Below the pieces are notes generated by a model, which searched no databases, had not been told where the DNA came from, and worked only from the letters and a program-made list of their open reading frames with translations. A program made the translations under genes and the position numbers. A DNA stretch of 24,597 nt from a virus (lineage: Duplodnaviria; Caudoviricetes), in the IMG/VR virus record IMGVR_UViG_3300003393_000055, positions 1-24,597 of that record, one strand, 5' to 3'. Positions 1-8,873 of the stretch are shown piece after piece (position 1 is the stretch's first letter; every line of letters begins with the position of its first letter).

Positions 1-660
1 GGCGGTAGGCAAGTCACCAATGGCCTTATGTACGGAAACGGTGGCTTGAAGATGTGGAGCACCGAGCATCTTGCTAACATGAAAAGTCATGAGCTTGCAG
101 ATGAAGAACGAGATGCTGTAGATTTTTGCTGGGACTTTCAACGCTACAAAGAACTTCCAGGTTGCTGGAGCAATGTGCATACAAACGGCAGTGCTTATCA
201 AGCATTTCGTGTGGGCTTCCGTGAAGGTGTTAAGCTATCAATGGAACAGGGCCGCCTGCTTGCTTTTAATGAATGGAGCACTACAATGCACGCCGCAAAC
301 TATCAACGCTTACTTACATGGATGACAGTGGGATCAGATGTTGAGCATGGTATTTGGAGTGTGTACGGTGCAAGGCTTGCTGTTAAGATGTTGCAGTATG
401 ATAACTTTGATTTTGTGAAAATTAGAGATTATGATTGGTTTAATGATTTTTTTAAGTCACACTCAAATGCAGATCCAATTAAAGGTAGTAAGAGCCTGGG
501 CAAGAATATAAGTGAAGGACTGGGATGGATCTTACCTGAATTCGACACTGATCAAAGTGCTTTTATAAAGCAAACACAGTTGCACCCCGACAAGCCATTG
601 ACGTATGAAGATGTAGAATGGCGCACAAATTTAAGTTTATATGGATGGTTCCGTGGATAA
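1..660 (+). CDS. Conserved phage protein, 5'-truncated (possibly C-terminal part of a glycosyltransferase-like protein)
   Basis: Frame 1 is open from base 1 (GGRQVTNGLMYGNGGLK...), so the start lies upstream of the window. The NGLxYGNGG and QAFRVGFREGVKL motifs recall phage glycosyltransferase-like proteins; the function is inferred. Confidence 0.55.
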   Translation, partial: GGRQVTNGLMYGNGGLKMWSTEHLANMKSHELADEERDAVDFCWDFQRYKELPGCWSNVHTNGSAYQAFRVGFREGVKLSMEQGRLLAFNEWSTTMHAANYQRLLTWMTVGSDVEHGIWSVYGARLAVKMLQYDNFDFVKIRDYDWFNDFFKSHSNADPIKGSKSLGKNISEGLGWILPEFDTDQSAFIKQTQLHPDKPLTYEDVEWRTNLSLYGWFRG

Positions 661-1819
661 AAATGCTGAATTAAGATCATCGTTATTGTACTTTGTTGAT
701 GAAGCAATTGGCTATAGACATAGCCTACACTTCTTTCATCGTTGGCTTGAGTCTGGCGAGCAATCTAATTTAGAAGGATTGATACTTGAAGTTGGGCGTG
801 AAAACTTCATTGATTTGCAACCATTGTTGAATACTATCAAGGATCCTTCTAATACTGACGGCATATTAACACTTTACAACTTTATCAAGATACATGGAGT
901 ATATCGTGTTGATGCGTTGGACACGCGAATTACTCCGCCACCTGACGTTGACAACACAGTATTGAATTGTGTTGAAGGCAATGCTTGGGCTATGCATAAC
1001 TGGATTGAAGCAAATACACACAAAGGTGTAGGGCCATACTTTCATATTGGGAGAGCATATGGACTCTTACAAGAGGCTCATTTAGACTTTTATAAGATAT
1101 TTGACCTGCTTGAACTAATGTTTGGCAAAGAAACAACTTTGTTTTCGTCTGTAAAAAACAATGATATTGCATTGTTAGGAAAGCTGCTGTCTAATTATTA
1201 TCCAAGCTGCGGAGTGCATATCATTAAACTTGCACAATCAGTAACTGAACATCCAGACCTAAATTGGAAAGATGCGTTAAGCAGAAACCAAATTAAAAGC
1301 AAGTTATGGCTCATTGAACAACTAAACGTACTTAAACTATTACCCAAGCCCCGCAAGTATACCACTGACGAATCATCAAATGTACTATTAGTAGGCGGTT
1401 GGGTTGGCATGTTAAGTTTCTTAGCTGATATGAAAGGCAAGTTTCTTGATGTAGTAACCAACGTTGATATTGACGAAACAGTTCACGCTGCATCTGCTGA
1501 CTTGAATTCAGTAACCAAATCAACATTTAGGACCAGCAACAGGGATGTGCGAAAGCTGAATGTTGCAAAGTACACTAAGCCAATTGTGATTGATACGATT
1601 GTTGAACACTTCAAAGATCACGGTGAATGGGTTAAAACATTACCAAATAACGCTATAATTGTATTGCAAGGTAATGACATGTTTGATGTGCCTGACCACG
1701 TAAATTGTCATAAAACATTAGAAGAGTTTATTGAGTCATGCGGGTTAAATAACATTATCTGGAGCGGAGAATTGAATCTCTATAAGTGTACCAGATACAT
1801 GGCTATTGGCACCACATGA
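641..1819 (+). CDS. Class I SAM-dependent methyltransferase-like protein with unknown N-terminal domain
   Basis: 392-aa ORF. The C-terminal half has a Rossmann motif I-like VLLVGGWVG, acidic VTNVDID, and IVIDTIVEH. The N-terminal ~200 aa are unrecognised. Confidence 0.7.
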   Translation: MDGSVDKNAELRSSLLYFVDEAIGYRHSLHFFHRWLESGEQSNLEGLILEVGRENFIDLQPLLNTIKDPSNTDGILTLYNFIKIHGVYRVDALDTRITPPPDVDNTVLNCVEGNAWAMHNWIEANTHKGVGPYFHIGRAYGLLQEAHLDFYKIFDLLELMFGKETTLFSSVKNNDIALLGKLLSNYYPSCGVHIIKLAQSVTEHPDLNWKDALSRNQIKSKLWLIEQLNVLKLLPKPRKYTTDESSNVLLVGGWVGMLSFLADMKGKFLDVVTNVDIDETVHAASADLNSVTKSTFRTSNRDVRKLNVAKYTKPIVIDTIVEHFKDHGEWVKTLPNNAIIVLQGNDMFDVPDHVNCHKTLEEFIESCGLNNIIWSGELNLYKCTRYMAIGTT

Positions 1820-2334
1820 TATATGACAAGCGGTTTAAACGATACGATTTCAAAGTAGATTTAGAAAGATTAAAAGCTGAAACGTACACACTGATGTACG
1901 ATTATCCCAATGGGGTTTATCATACGCAGTGTTCGTTACAAACAGATGGGTCTGACGATTGGGCAGCTGGTATTGGATCTAAGCCTGACATAGACGAATC
2001 AATTTGGGATAAGTTGCACCCAAAATTAGTAGGCACTTGGTGGGAAGAGTTTTTTGCTACCTTGCCCTTTACAGTATATCGTGCTCGGCTACTGACCTTG
2101 CAGGCCCGCACTTGCTACAGTATACATGTTGATCGCACACCTCGCATACATATTGCAATTGATACTCACCCAATGGCCAGATTCATTTTTACTAACCCGC
2201 CAGCAATACGAGTTATCCCTGACGATGGCCACATTTGGTGGGTAGATACTACAAAAGAACATTCGGCCATGAATGGCAGTATGAAGCCAAGAATTCATTT
2301 TGTTGCTTGCCTGGACAACACAGACCCAATTTAA
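1816..2334 (+). CDS. 2OG-Fe(II) dioxygenase, Asp/Asn beta-hydroxylase-like
   Basis: HxD (SIHVD), RIHIAI strand, distal H (EHSAMN) and RIH C-terminus match the double-stranded beta-helix pattern. Start moved to ATG 1816, which forms an ATGA overlap with the upstream stop. Confidence 0.75.
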   Translation: MIYDKRFKRYDFKVDLERLKAETYTLMYDYPNGVYHTQCSLQTDGSDDWAAGIGSKPDIDESIWDKLHPKLVGTWWEEFFATLPFTVYRARLLTLQARTCYSIHVDRTPRIHIAIDTHPMARFIFTNPPAIRVIPDDGHIWWVDTTKEHSAMNGSMKPRIHFVACLDNTDPI

Positions 2335-2354
2335 GTCATACATACAGGTATGAC
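2335..2354 (+). promoter_or_regulatory. Hairpin GTCATAC-N6-GTATGAC covering the ATG of 2350..2964, with overlapping TACATA motif
   Basis: Perfect 7-bp inverted repeat seen in sequence; the 3' arm contains the start codon. Confidence 0.55.
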
Positions 2355-2964
2355 ATTAGAAGTTATTCATACCTGCGCCGAACACTTTAGTAGTATTGAA
2401 CAATTATACAAAGATTTCTTAGCAGAAATTAACAAGGACCCATTACCTGCATTGGTTAATATGGGATATGAGTTTCCTGCTGGTCTTGGTTACCTGGTTA
2501 ACAATAAATCACGTTGGACAGAAAAAACAGGTCAAATTGACTTACTGTTAGACAATGGCCGCATCGTTGGAATTAGTGCAGTAGAAACAAGTTCACTCAG
2601 CAATGTATTTGGTAGCGGCGGCAATCGTTGCTGGCTGTTACCTAAGTATCGTGTTCATAATGAAATTACAAAGTATCTATTGTCATCTAATTTAGAATGG
2701 TGTACAACGCAACAGCACGTAGGAATGATACTAACATTTAACGATTATAACAAATGGATCTATACTACAATTAAAAAACGAGCAGTCGGACAAGCAGGCG
2801 CATTAGGCCCAGTTTGGAGCAACTGGTGGAATGATTGTATCCCGTTCGAACGTCAGTTGAATGTTTTTAATACCCCACAATGGGCAGTAGTAAAGCCAAT
2901 TGCAAGCACAGATTCTGTGCGCAATAACATGAATAACATTGAAAAAGAATTTGGAATAGCATGA
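2350..2964 (+). CDS. Hypothetical protein, possible GNAT-fold acyltransferase
   Basis: 204-aa ORF. LLLDNGRIVGISAV followed by RCWLLPKYR resembles GNAT beta3/beta4 (motif A). Confidence 0.55.
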   Translation: MTLEVIHTCAEHFSSIEQLYKDFLAEINKDPLPALVNMGYEFPAGLGYLVNNKSRWTEKTGQIDLLLDNGRIVGISAVETSSLSNVFGSGGNRCWLLPKYRVHNEITKYLLSSNLEWCTTQQHVGMILTFNDYNKWIYTTIKKRAVGQAGALGPVWSNWWNDCIPFERQLNVFNTPQWAVVKPIASTDSVRNNMNNIEKEFGIA

Positions 2965-3911
2965 TTGTAAACACAGAACGTTCGCATTTGAAATATTGGT
3001 ACGGTGATGACCGTAATCAAATTTGGCGCAAAGACAACTTAGAAACAACATCAATGAGTGTTGGAGGATGTGTTCGAAAGCCAATGAGCTTTAAAGCAGA
3101 GCTAATTAGAAACGCTCGTACCTTGAATAGAACATATCCAGACTTAACTATTTTTTTAAGCGGTGGCCTAGACAGTGAAATGGCACTACAAAGTTTCTTG
3201 TCTGCTGGGATCACTCCGCGTATTGTTACTATTAGATTTCCCGACGATAAGAACTTACACGATATTGGCCCAGCAATGCGAATGTTGTCGGGCATGGGGT
3301 TAAAATACACAGTCATCGACGTTGATCCCGAAGAATTTGTAATGGGCGGCGAAGCATTTGAAATAGGTGCTCGTTATCAAAGCTATAGCTTTTACCAACA
3401 GCTTCTTATGAAAGTGGCACTTGAATACAATGCCCCAATGATTACAATCGACGAAATTGAATTGGAAAAGTTGCCCAGCATTGATTGGGAAACTGGAGAG
3501 CATTATGACCGTTGGGCATTCTTGAAGAAAGAAGATCAAGATGGAGTATGGCGCAGATTTGCAGATGCAACTGGTATTCCAGCTCTCAATAACTTTTACA
3601 GTTACAGCCCCGAATCAATTTTATCATTTTTACAATTGCCAACAGTTGATGATTTGGTAAATGATCGTATTCCCGGGAAGTTAGGTTGGACCAGTAGTAA
3701 GATGAAAATTTACTCACACCTGGGATATAACTTTAGAAAACGTCCCAAGTGGCACGGGGTCGAAAACTATATGCACTTGTGGGACTATGTCAGATACAAT
3801 GTATATGAAAAGTCAAAGCTAAACTTTGACGAGCGTAGTTATGTCATGCCAATTGACCAACTAAGACAAAATTTAATTAATGGAGTAGAGACAGTATGCA
3901 ATATAGCTTAA
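2961..3911 (+). CDS. PP-loop (adenine nucleotide alpha-hydrolase) adenylating enzyme
   Basis: IFLSGGLDSE PP-loop; C-terminal SSKMKIY...RPKWHGVE; ATGA overlap with the upstream gene. Confidence 0.7.
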   Translation: MIVNTERSHLKYWYGDDRNQIWRKDNLETTSMSVGGCVRKPMSFKAELIRNARTLNRTYPDLTIFLSGGLDSEMALQSFLSAGITPRIVTIRFPDDKNLHDIGPAMRMLSGMGLKYTVIDVDPEEFVMGGEAFEIGARYQSYSFYQQLLMKVALEYNAPMITIDEIELEKLPSIDWETGEHYDRWAFLKKEDQDGVWRRFADATGIPALNNFYSYSPESILSFLQLPTVDDLVNDRIPGKLGWTSSKMKIYSHLGYNFRKRPKWHGVENYMHLWDYVRYNVYEKSKLNFDERSYVMPIDQLRQNLINGVETVCNIA

Positions 3912-4540
3912 TGCCAATGACACTTGATCATTTGCCAGGCTTGGTGGAGTTTGCAGAGCATATCTATGCAAACACGGATCCAGACAAGTATCCAGATTTT
4001 AAAATATCAAACGATATTGACGATGAAGAAAAACGTAAAAAGTTCTTCTCAGCATTTATGCTGCCGAGCACATTTAACAACTATAATATTAGACAGTGCT
4101 ATGCGTTAGTTGATACTGATGGTAATTATCAAGCAGCAGTTGGTGTTAAACGCTGGGCTCATATGCCAAGTTGGAGTTTAAGTTGGTTGCTAAGTCCAAG
4201 TATGGGAATGAAATTTATTCCAACGTTTAGAACAATTATCGCAGAATTGTGTAATGTACACGAAGCAGCTGGAATGAATGAGTTTTATGTAAGCTATCCG
4301 GCGCATCGTGAAGCTGCATACAGTAAGATTATGTTGCCTGTGCGCGAAAACTACTACAGTTTTGTTGAATGTACTGTGCAAGCAAATACCCGTAGTCATT
4401 ATAGTTTTATACATGAACTAATGGGGCATAGTTTACACCCGCACGATATGAACTTGCGGAGATATATACTACGTAGAGAAAACACATTACCGCCGAGCCA
4501 AGGAGGTACGGCAATCCCTTTAAATAAAGCTACTTCATGA
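3896..4540 (+). CDS. Hypothetical protein, weak GNAT-like pattern
   Basis: 214-aa ORF in an overlapping operon with GGAG upstream. CYALVDTDGNYQAAVGV is only weakly GNAT-like. Confidence 0.5.
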   Translation: MQYSLMPMTLDHLPGLVEFAEHIYANTDPDKYPDFKISNDIDDEEKRKKFFSAFMLPSTFNNYNIRQCYALVDTDGNYQAAVGVKRWAHMPSWSLSWLLSPSMGMKFIPTFRTIIAELCNVHEAAGMNEFYVSYPAHREAAYSKIMLPVRENYYSFVECTVQANTRSHYSFIHELMGHSLHPHDMNLRRYILRRENTLPPSQGGTAIPLNKATS

Positions 4541-5424
4541 AAAATTGGTTGAACAAACAAGCTGAGTTGTATCGCAAGACACATCAGATTCCTTATATAC
4601 TTGCAATATGGTTGCCGTACCATTTGGCAGCTATTGCCGTACTTGCATATACCATTGCAACTGGTTGGTCGTGGAGTTACTTGTTACTTGCTGTTTGTGG
4701 TTGGGTACTGCTTGACGGCGTTGGTAACAATTTGACACTGCATCGCTGGCTAAGTCACAAAAGCTGGACTCCACACAAATGGGCAGAACCGTTCTTGTTA
4801 TGGGCCAGCACAATGGTAGGCGAAGGCAGTCCGTTATGGTGGGCAGCATTGCACCGCGGGCATCATCACAAGGTAAGTGATATCCCGGGTAAAGATATTC
4901 ATACTCCAGTGGGCAACGGCTGGTGGTGGAGTTATATGGGATGGCAGTTTGGCATTGAACAAAATTCAGTCAGCTTCCGTTATGCAGTTGACCTGCTTCG
5001 TGACCGTCGAGTTACATTTATCCATGAAAACTATAACAAGATCATTTATGCTACATTGCTAATCAGCGCATTTATATTTGGTTGGCAAGCTACCATTTGG
5101 TTCTTTGTTGTGGGCGCTCTAATGAGCTTACATGCTGACGGCTTAGTAAACACATTCGGCCACGTACCAGCAGCTGGTTACCAAAACTTTGAAAACAAAG
5201 ACCAAAGCACTAACGTATGGGCCATCGGTTACTTCCATTGGGGCTCAGGTTGGCACAACAATCATCACAAGCAAGCAAGCTCGTTTGACTTTGGTACTAC
5301 AGTAAGCGGTCGCTGGCACGAATTTGATCCGTGCTTAGTTCTTGTTATTCCGTTTGCCCCTCTTTCGGAGACTAAACGCTTGTGGAAACTTCGTAAGGAT
5401 GCTATAATTGCTTATAAACTTTAA
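4537..5424 (+). CDS. Membrane fatty-acid desaturase (delta-9 acyl-CoA/acyl-lipid type)
   Basis: Three His boxes (HRWLSH, HRGHH, HNNHH), hydrophobic segments, DIHTP and VNTFGH motifs. Confidence 0.9.
   Translation: MKNWLNKQAELYRKTHQIPYILAIWLPYHLAAIAVLAYTIATGWSWSYLLLAVCGWVLLDGVGNNLTLHRWLSHKSWTPHKWAEPFLLWASTMVGEGSPLWWAALHRGHHHKVSDIPGKDIHTPVGNGWWWSYMGWQFGIEQNSVSFRYAVDLLRDRRVTFIHENYNKIIYATLLISAFIFGWQATIWFFVVGALMSLHADGLVNTFGHVPAAGYQNFENKDQSTNVWAIGYFHWGSGWHNNHHKQASSFDFGTTVSGRWHEFDPCLVLVIPFAPLSETKRLWKLRKDAIIAYKL
5380..5408 (+). promoter_or_regulatory. Putative sigma70 promoter for thyX (TTGTGG-N17-TATAAT, extended -10)
   Basis: TGnTATAAT at 5400-5408, a partial -35, and AAGGA SD before ATG 5433. 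Confidence 0.55.
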
Positions 5425-5432
5425 GGATTATA

Positions 5433-6104
5433 ATGACCGTTCGCCTAGTATCGTATTCTCAGCCAACTGAAGAATTTAGAAACGAAGGTATTGCAGATGC
5501 ACAAGAGCTTATTGCTTTTTGTGCTCGCGTATCTAACCCCACCAATCAGTACAACACTGAAACAAGTGAAAAACTAATCAAGTACCTTGTTAAGCATGCA
5601 CATTGGAGCCCACTTGAAATGGCAAGTGCATGTGTAGAAATTACAACTACTCGTGATATTGCACGACAAATTCTACGCCATCGTAGTTTTGCATTCCAAG
5701 AGTTTAGTCAACGTTATGCAGACCCTACAGAAGATCTGGGCTTTGTTATTCGCGAAGCACGTTTTCAAGACACAAAGAATCGTCAGAACTCAGTAGAACT
5801 AGATTTAACAGATCCTGCTCAACGTGAACTAAATCGTATTTGGACTGAAAAGCAACAAGACATTATTCGTCTTGTTAAAGAAACGTACGGTTGGGCTATT
5901 ACCAATGGCCTGGCCAAAGAGCAAGCACGTTCGGTACTACCCGAAGGCAACACAGTTAGTCGGCTGTATATGAATGGTACATTGCGTAGCTGGGTACACT
6001 TTATTGACTTACGCAAAGAAAATGGCACACAAAAAGAGCATCAAATTGTTGCCCTTGCGTGTGCCAAAGCCATTACAGCTATCTATCCAATGTTAGCTAC
6101 CTAA
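5433..6104 (+). CDS. thyX: Flavin-dependent thymidylate synthase
   Basis: ThyX signature RHRSFAFQEFSQR, HWSPLE, KEQARSVLP, TQKEH. Confidence 0.96.
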   Translation: MTVRLVSYSQPTEEFRNEGIADAQELIAFCARVSNPTNQYNTETSEKLIKYLVKHAHWSPLEMASACVEITTTRDIARQILRHRSFAFQEFSQRYADPTEDLGFVIREARFQDTKNRQNSVELDLTDPAQRELNRIWTEKQQDIIRLVKETYGWAITNGLAKEQARSVLPEGNTVSRLYMNGTLRSWVHFIDLRKENGTQKEHQIVALACAKAITAIYPMLAT

Positions 6105-7163
6105 CTCTTTTGTGGCAGTTAACGAGCCATCTTCGTTCTGCCACAAAAATCCCCAAGCGTTATTATAACGTGTAATAGTTGGCAAGCTGGGCCATTTTGT
6201 TTTGTACTTTAGGTACTTTTCATTTGGCCAAATATCATTAATCAAATTCTTTGCTGGTAGTTTGTATGTGTTCCACTTGCCGCCTACCTTGGGCTCGCTA
6301 GTATATAATGCCCACTGTTGATACTGTTCACTGTCAAAGAAGTTAACAACATTTGCAGCCATGTACTCGGCTTGTGTAGCAGTCGGTGCATGCATTGCCA
6401 TGCGATACTTAACAGCTTGCCACTTCATTGCATAGTTTAACCACCATAAGAAATCATGATTAGTGTTAATAGGAACTGGACTTGCATTAACAAGATCACG
6501 CAACATTTGTTCACGCTCTTGCCTATACGGTTCTTTTTTGGCCAATAACCATGGCAGTGACTCAGTTTCCCAATCACCGTGGATAGCATCAAAGTTGTTG
6601 GTGTTATCCATGTAGCTTTTTAATGTCAAACTACCAAACAAGTTATCAGCGCACTCTCCAGTTACACAAACGTTTTTTGGATCAGTAACAATGTCGTAGA
6701 ACTGATTGCTTGCTAACAAACGTGTACCAAAATAAGGCAGTACAACTTCATTAAAGAATTCGGGATTCTCTAATTGACTATCTTCGTTAATAGCAAGCCA
6801 CGTTACTTTTTGCAACTCGGCCCAGTCAGGATGACTAATAAGCAGCGATACAATCAGCGTAGAGTCAATGCCGCCACTGTAGAAAATGACTAAACGTTCA
6901 CGTCCGGGCACTTTTAATTTTGCAATACAATCATCAATCCTATTATAGCTTACTGCACTGAAACTAGGAACTACTGCTGGCTGCTCGGGAATCGGACTAT
7001 TGTTGTATATGGCAACACCAGGTACATCAATTGTGCCGGTGCGATCACTTAGACTGATCCAAGGATTAAACATTTCAATAAATGTCTTAGTGACAGGATT
7101 AATGTCAACTGCTAACGGGCTACGATATAGTCTGTGGGGGATATAGTATAATAATTTTTTCAT
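6093..7163 (-). CDS. Asparagine-synthetase C-domain-like PP-loop enzyme without a glutaminase domain
   Basis: FYSGGIDST PP-loop and TGECADNLFG (compare AsnB GEGADELFG). No N-terminal Cys Ntn domain. Confidence 0.78.
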   Translation of the reverse strand: MKKLLYYIPHRLYRSPLAVDINPVTKTFIEMFNPWISLSDRTGTIDVPGVAIYNNSPIPEQPAVVPSFSAVSYNRIDDCIAKLKVPGRERLVIFYSGGIDSTLIVSLLISHPDWAELQKVTWLAINEDSQLENPEFFNEVVLPYFGTRLLASNQFYDIVTDPKNVCVTGECADNLFGSLTLKSYMDNTNNFDAIHGDWETESLPWLLAKKEPYRQEREQMLRDLVNASPVPINTNHDFLWWLNYAMKWQAVKYRMAMHAPTATQAEYMAANVVNFFDSEQYQQWALYTSEPKVGGKWNTYKLPAKNLINDIWPNEKYLKYKTKWPSLPTITRYNNAWGFLWQNEDGSLTATKELGS

Positions 7164-7164
7164 G

Positions 7165-7785
7165 TTACATCATCATTGATAAAAACGAATCTTCGTCCAT
7201 TCGCGCACGTACAACAGCAAACTCTTCTTTGTTCTTGGCAGCACGTATCATGTTTTGAAATCTAATTCGCAAGCGTTCTAGTTTACGAATTAAAAACTTG
7301 CGATTGTGAAATTTGTTTATAATGAGTCCAGCCGCTACATTTATAGTCAACCCAGACTCTTCAGCATAGTCCTCGACCATACCAACATCTTCTGTTAAGC
7401 CATTGAATACTGCATTGGCCTGACGATACTTTTCTTCATATGCTTCGTGTTGCCATTCAAACCGTTGTTCAAACCGTTTAAAGCCATGTGATAAACGTTG
7501 CTGTAGTTCTGTCATCAGGTTAACACGGGCTTGTAGTTGATGACTTAGAATCATAGCTTCCATATTCTTACGATGAGCTAAGAATTCTGTATTACGCGGC
7601 CCATCAAACTTTAATTTAAAGTCCATGTTCCCTTGTCGAAGTTGACTTGCATGTAAATCACTTACTCCGTAAATCCTACAAATTGCTTGGAACTCACCTG
7701 AGCAACCAGATTCTAAAACGGACATGTCAGTTGCCCATGCTAATACTTCATTTTCTGCGGTGCATGCTAATGCTAACCAATGCAT
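7165..7785 (-). CDS. Hypothetical helical protein, immediately upstream of the PP-loop gene
   Basis: 206-aa ORF with AGGAG SD; 1-nt gap to the downstream gene. Confidence 0.75.
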   Translation of the reverse strand: MHWLALACTAENEVLAWATDMSVLESGCSGEFQAICRIYGVSDLHASQLRQGNMDFKLKFDGPRNTEFLAHRKNMEAMILSHQLQARVNLMTELQQRLSHGFKRFEQRFEWQHEAYEEKYRQANAVFNGLTEDVGMVEDYAEESGLTINVAAGLIINKFHNRKFLIRKLERLRIRFQNMIRAAKNKEEFAVVRARMDEDSFLSMMM

Positions 7786-7787
7786 AT

Positions 7788-7808
7788 CAATAACTCCTAT
7801 CGTTATTG
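7788..7808 (-). promoter_or_regulatory. Hairpin CAATAAC-GATAGGA-GTTATTG over the SD of 7165..7785
   Basis: Perfect 7-bp inverted repeat with SD AGGAG at the loop/stem junction and a TACATA motif immediately upstream on the minus strand. Confidence 0.5.
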
Positions 7809-7815
7809 TATGTAG

Positions 7816-8364
7816 TTAAGAAATAGCAGGAATGTTCTCCAATAGGATATCTTTAGTAAAGCGAATGCTTAACATTAATCTTGGCTGATCACTGCGATTT
7901 TCTATATGATGCGGAATGTCAATCTTAACAAACGTGGGCTTGTTAATAATTTTAGTAGCTGCCAATGTAGGCTCTTCTTGCCAATCAATCTTAAGATACT
8001 TGATAGTTTTAAATGGACTTTTTGACAGTGAGAAATCGCCACTGTACCAAAACATTGGGCCTTTTTCACAATTTAAGATTGGTAGATTAAGGGCAGTATT
8101 TGAAGCATTTACTCGTGCAGGATCAAATCCGTCAATATGAAGATCTTGAACAAAGTTTGCATCATTGATAAACATGATAGCCGTTTTAATCTTTACTTCA
8201 ATTCCAAGTACAGCCAGGATATCGTGTTCAATTATGCTTCCTATGTAATCTAATTCAGAGTCTGAAAAAACTTTAGCAGTAGTAAATTTACCATCCCACC
8301 TATTCATGCAGAATTTCTGTACTGTACGCCACCCTGGCAAATCAATTTCTTTAAAATATTCCAT
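7816..8364 (-). CDS. 2OG-Fe(II) oxygenase/cupin-like protein
   Basis: DLHIDG (HxD), ALNLPI, IPHHIEN and PRLMLSIRF. Start reassigned to MEYFK at 8364, just after an ATAAATA motif. Confidence 0.7.
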   Translation of the reverse strand: MEYFKEIDLPGWRTVQKFCMNRWDGKFTTAKVFSDSELDYIGSIIEHDILAVLGIEVKIKTAIMFINDANFVQDLHIDGFDPARVNASNTALNLPILNCEKGPMFWYSGDFSLSKSPFKTIKYLKIDWQEEPTLAATKIINKPTFVKIDIPHHIENRSDQPRLMLSIRFTKDILLENIPAIS

Positions 8365-8419
8365 AATAATATTTATTGGCAATTGCGCAGTGGGGAAATT
8401 CATAAATATTATTATGGAA
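8359..8419. repeat. 18-bp perfect inverted repeat containing divergent ATAAATA motifs and both start codons
   Basis: TTCCATAATAATATTTAT (8359-8376) and ATAAATATTATTATGGAA (8402-8419) with a 25-nt spacer. Confidence 0.85.
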
Positions 8420-8872
8420 CATATACTTGTATTTCTCAGTTGGACTTTGTACCTTTACTTCATACACCGCATTATACACGGCGTAGGTCTAAAGTTCTTC
8501 CCGGTTGCGTTTAAGGCACATGCTGATCATCACAAGTATATAAACACTCACGAGCAAACAACGTGGCACTGGAATAATCTATTTCTATTCAATGACACCT
8601 GGACCAGTACATTGGATCTTTGGATTACAGAAGTAATCCCAACGCTGGTGTTTAGTTTAATCACTGGTTACTGGTGGATTAGTGTGTTCTATTATCTATG
8701 GGCCGCACTGGTGCAAGAAACTATAGAACACAACCCAAAGTTTAACTTTTATCCGTTTCTTACAAGTGGAAAGTGGCACCTGATTCATCATCGAAGTACC
8801 ACTTTTAACTACGGATTATTTTTCCCAATTTGGGATATCTTATTTAAAACTCATAAGCCATTGTCAAATTGA
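8414..8872 (+). CDS. Fatty acid hydroxylase/sterol desaturase family membrane protein
   Basis: His boxes HRIIH, HADHH and HLIHH, plus NYGLFFPIWDILFKT typical of the FA_hydroxylase superfamily. Start at MEHIL 8414. Confidence 0.85.
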   Translation: MEHILVFLSWTLYLYFIHRIIHGVGLKFFPVAFKAHADHHKYINTHEQTTWHWNNLFLFNDTWTSTLDLWITEVIPTLVFSLITGYWWISVFYYLWAALVQETIEHNPKFNFYPFLTSGKWHLIHHRSTTFNYGLFFPIWDILFKTHKPLSN

Positions 8873-8873
8873 A

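Noticed and set aside
2961-7163. Calling the SGGxDS proteins QueC because queE is present
   Set aside because: The PP-loops are not at the extreme N-terminus and the C-terminal Zn-binding Cys cluster of QueC is absent; one has an AsnB-type motif instead.
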